From contig NC_043025.1 in the NCBI RefSeq assembly GCF_006345805.1, positions 11,036,001-11,100,000 of the forward strand: 64,000 nucleotides of DNA, written 5' to 3'. Positions within the stretch are counted from its first letter, which is position 1; the number at the start of each line of letters is the position of its first letter. Below, in pieces: positions 61,741 to 64,000 of the stretch. A program made the translations under genes and the position numbers. The notes beneath the pieces were generated by a model, which ran no database searches, had not been told where the DNA came from, and saw only the letters and a program-made list of their open reading frames with translations. The stretch is from Octopus sinensis. Taxonomy: Eukaryota.

Positions 61741-64000
61741 AGACTGTATATACGTATGCAGGCGTGGTTATGAGGTGAACAGAAATAATGAGTGAAGAAC
61801 AAATATATAGTCATCATCATCATCGTTTAGCGTCCGTTTTCCATGCTAGCATGGGTTGGACGGTTCTACTGGGGTCTGTGAAGCCAGAAGGCTTCATCAG
61901 GCCCAGTCAAATCTGGCAGTGTTTCTACGGCTGGATGTCCTTCCTAATGCCAACCACTCCGTGATGTGTAGTGGGTGCTTTTTACTTACTATCTCCTCCT
62001 CATCATCATCGTTTAACGTCCGCTTTCCATGCTAGCATGGGTTGGACGGTTCAACTGGGGTCTAGGAAGCCAGAAGGCTGTACCAGGCCCAGTCTGATCT
62101 GGCAGTGTTTCTACAGCTGGATGCCCTTCCTAACGCCAACCACTCCGTGAGTGTAGTGGGTGCTTTTTATGTGCCAGACGAGGCTGGCAAATGGCCACGA
62201 TCGGATGGTGCTTTTTACGTGCCACCGGCATGGAGACCAGATGAAACTGGCAATGGCCACAATCAGATGGTGCTTTTACATGTCACGTTCGATGGTTCTC
62301 TTACGTGCACCAGCACTGGTATCACAGCTACAAATTCCATTGATGTTGATCTGATTAAATTAACAGAAGAAATCACATCTACCGACCGATGCCGGACCCC
62401 TCCCCCCCGGCACCTGTGCAGGTGGCACGTAAAAGCACCCACTACACTCGCGGAGTGGTTGGCGTTAGGAAGGGCATCCAGCCGTAGAAACTCTTCCAGA
62501 TCAGACTGGAGCCTGGTCGAACCGTCCAACCCGTGCTAGCGCGGAAAACAGACGTTAAACGATGATGATGAGGAGGAGATAGTAAGGTAAAAAGCACCCA
62601 CTACACTCACGGAGTGGTTGGCGTTAGGAAGGGCATCCAGCTGTAGAAACTCTGCCAGATCAGTCTGGAGCCTAGAGCAGCCCCTGACTTCCCAGACCCC
62701 GTCGAACCGTCCAACCCGTGCTAGCGCGGAAAACGGACGTTAAACGATGATGATGAGGAGGATGTAGTAAGGTAAAAAGCACCCACTACACTCGCGGAGT
62801 GGTTGGCGTTAGAAGGGCATCCAGCCATAGAAACTCTGCCAGATCAGACTGGAGCCTGGTGCAGCCTTCTGGCTTCCCAGACCCCGTCGAACCCGTCCAA
62901 CCCATGCTAGCATGGAAAACGGACGTTAAACGATGATGATGATGAGGAAGAGATAGTAAGGTAAAAAGCACCCACTACAATCACGGAGTGGTTGGCGTTA
63001 GGAAGGCATCCAGCCGTAAAACTCTGCCAGATCAGACTGGGCAGCCTTCGGCTTCCCCTGGGGGAACTTTTCAAAATTTTCGCTGCGTTAGTTTTGAATT
63101 ATGACATTGGGCTATGTGTGTGTCAAGTTTCATCAGAATCGGTTGAAAGCCGTGGTCAGGGTGAGGGTACAAGAAAATAGACGCACAGACAAAGTGCCGT
63201 TTATATAGAGAGAGATTGAGAAGAACAATCCATTGTTGAAAGCAGTAGGAATATCAAGTACTCATATGATGCGTTTCTCACTTCCATAATCAAGCTTCCT
63301 TTTTTGGTGTGGCTCTCTCTTGATACCTTGTTTGTTTGAAATTTCGAAAACAATGACAAGATCCAGTTGTATACTACTGCTCAATACAGAAATGTGGTAG
63401 CTTGACCTTCTAGTAAAAACAACAAAAAATCGGGCGAAGTTTCGCTTGTCGTAGCACAAGTTTCCGTCGATTTCCGTAAAAAGCTTTTATTTTTTTACAT
63501 ATGGGCTTGCGGGAACTTTTGAAGTAATGAGAGCGAAAGAGACTAAGAGGAAGCGAATTTATGACGAGGAAATTTCTCTTTGAAGTCCCCGTGTGTGTGT
63601 TTTGATGGGGTGTGGGAGACAGACAGTATGTTGTGTAAGTGAAGTGCTTCTGTTAGTGTGTGTGGAGAGACAGAGAGTAATGTGTGAAAGAGAGAGATAA
63701 CTAAAAATTTTATTTTACTCGGTGTATGTGTATATGTATGTCTGCATGTATGTGTGTGTGTATGTATCTATGTATATGTGTATGTATGTGTGTGTGTATG
63801 TATGTATGTATGGCCGATTCAATGTTTACATTTTTTACGGAAATCGACAATCGACGGAGGAAATCGACGGAAACGTGTGCTACGACAAGCGAAACATCAC
63901 CAAAAATCGCCTTAAATCATGTCCCACAATCAATAGAACAGGTTGAATAATGTAGTTCTAAATATACAAATGACGTGATGACAATGTTTACTGAAGAACA

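Larger units (their letters stand above)
51207..64000. repeat. Tandem triplication of a ~4.2-kb block (51207-55437, 55438-61776, 61777-end)
   Basis: Marker gaacagaaataaatgagtgaagaacaaatatatag recurs at each start; identical order of internal elements. Confidence 0.9.

Overview
Repeat-dense animal genomic DNA, most likely an octopus (inference from the SINE/MITE families, microsatellite load and TTAGGG-type repeats; not verifiable here). Three protein-coding genes are supported: (1) an intronless 1022-aa C2H2 zinc-finger ORF (975-4043, +) built from an internal duplication; (2) ARMT1/DUF89 on the minus strand (coding exons 18645-18131 and 15174-14313, 458 aa, with an upstream non-coding exon implied); (3) an NFATC2IP/Rad60-Esc2-family gene on the plus strand, six phase-compatible coding exons from 29201 to 50498, with the second SUMO-like domain not in the window. 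A 100-N scaffold gap (27206-27305) separates ARMT1 from NFATC2IP. The rest is tRNA-derived SINEs, RTE and CR1 LINE fragments, non-autonomous Helitrons, several MITE families, a piggyBac relic, satellites and a triplicated ~4.2-kb block. The strongest unexpected signal is two unrelated repeat families that each carry a minimal type I hammerhead ribozyme motif with the same palindromic helix III (ACUC-N-GAGU), consistent with Penelope-like or retrozyme-type elements. Also notable: a 1.5-kb TIR element filled with a telomere-like minisatellite, a SINE-head satellite with higher-order structure, a twin-priming-type inverted RTE, and many long fold-back palindromes. All pairings and alignments were done by eye.
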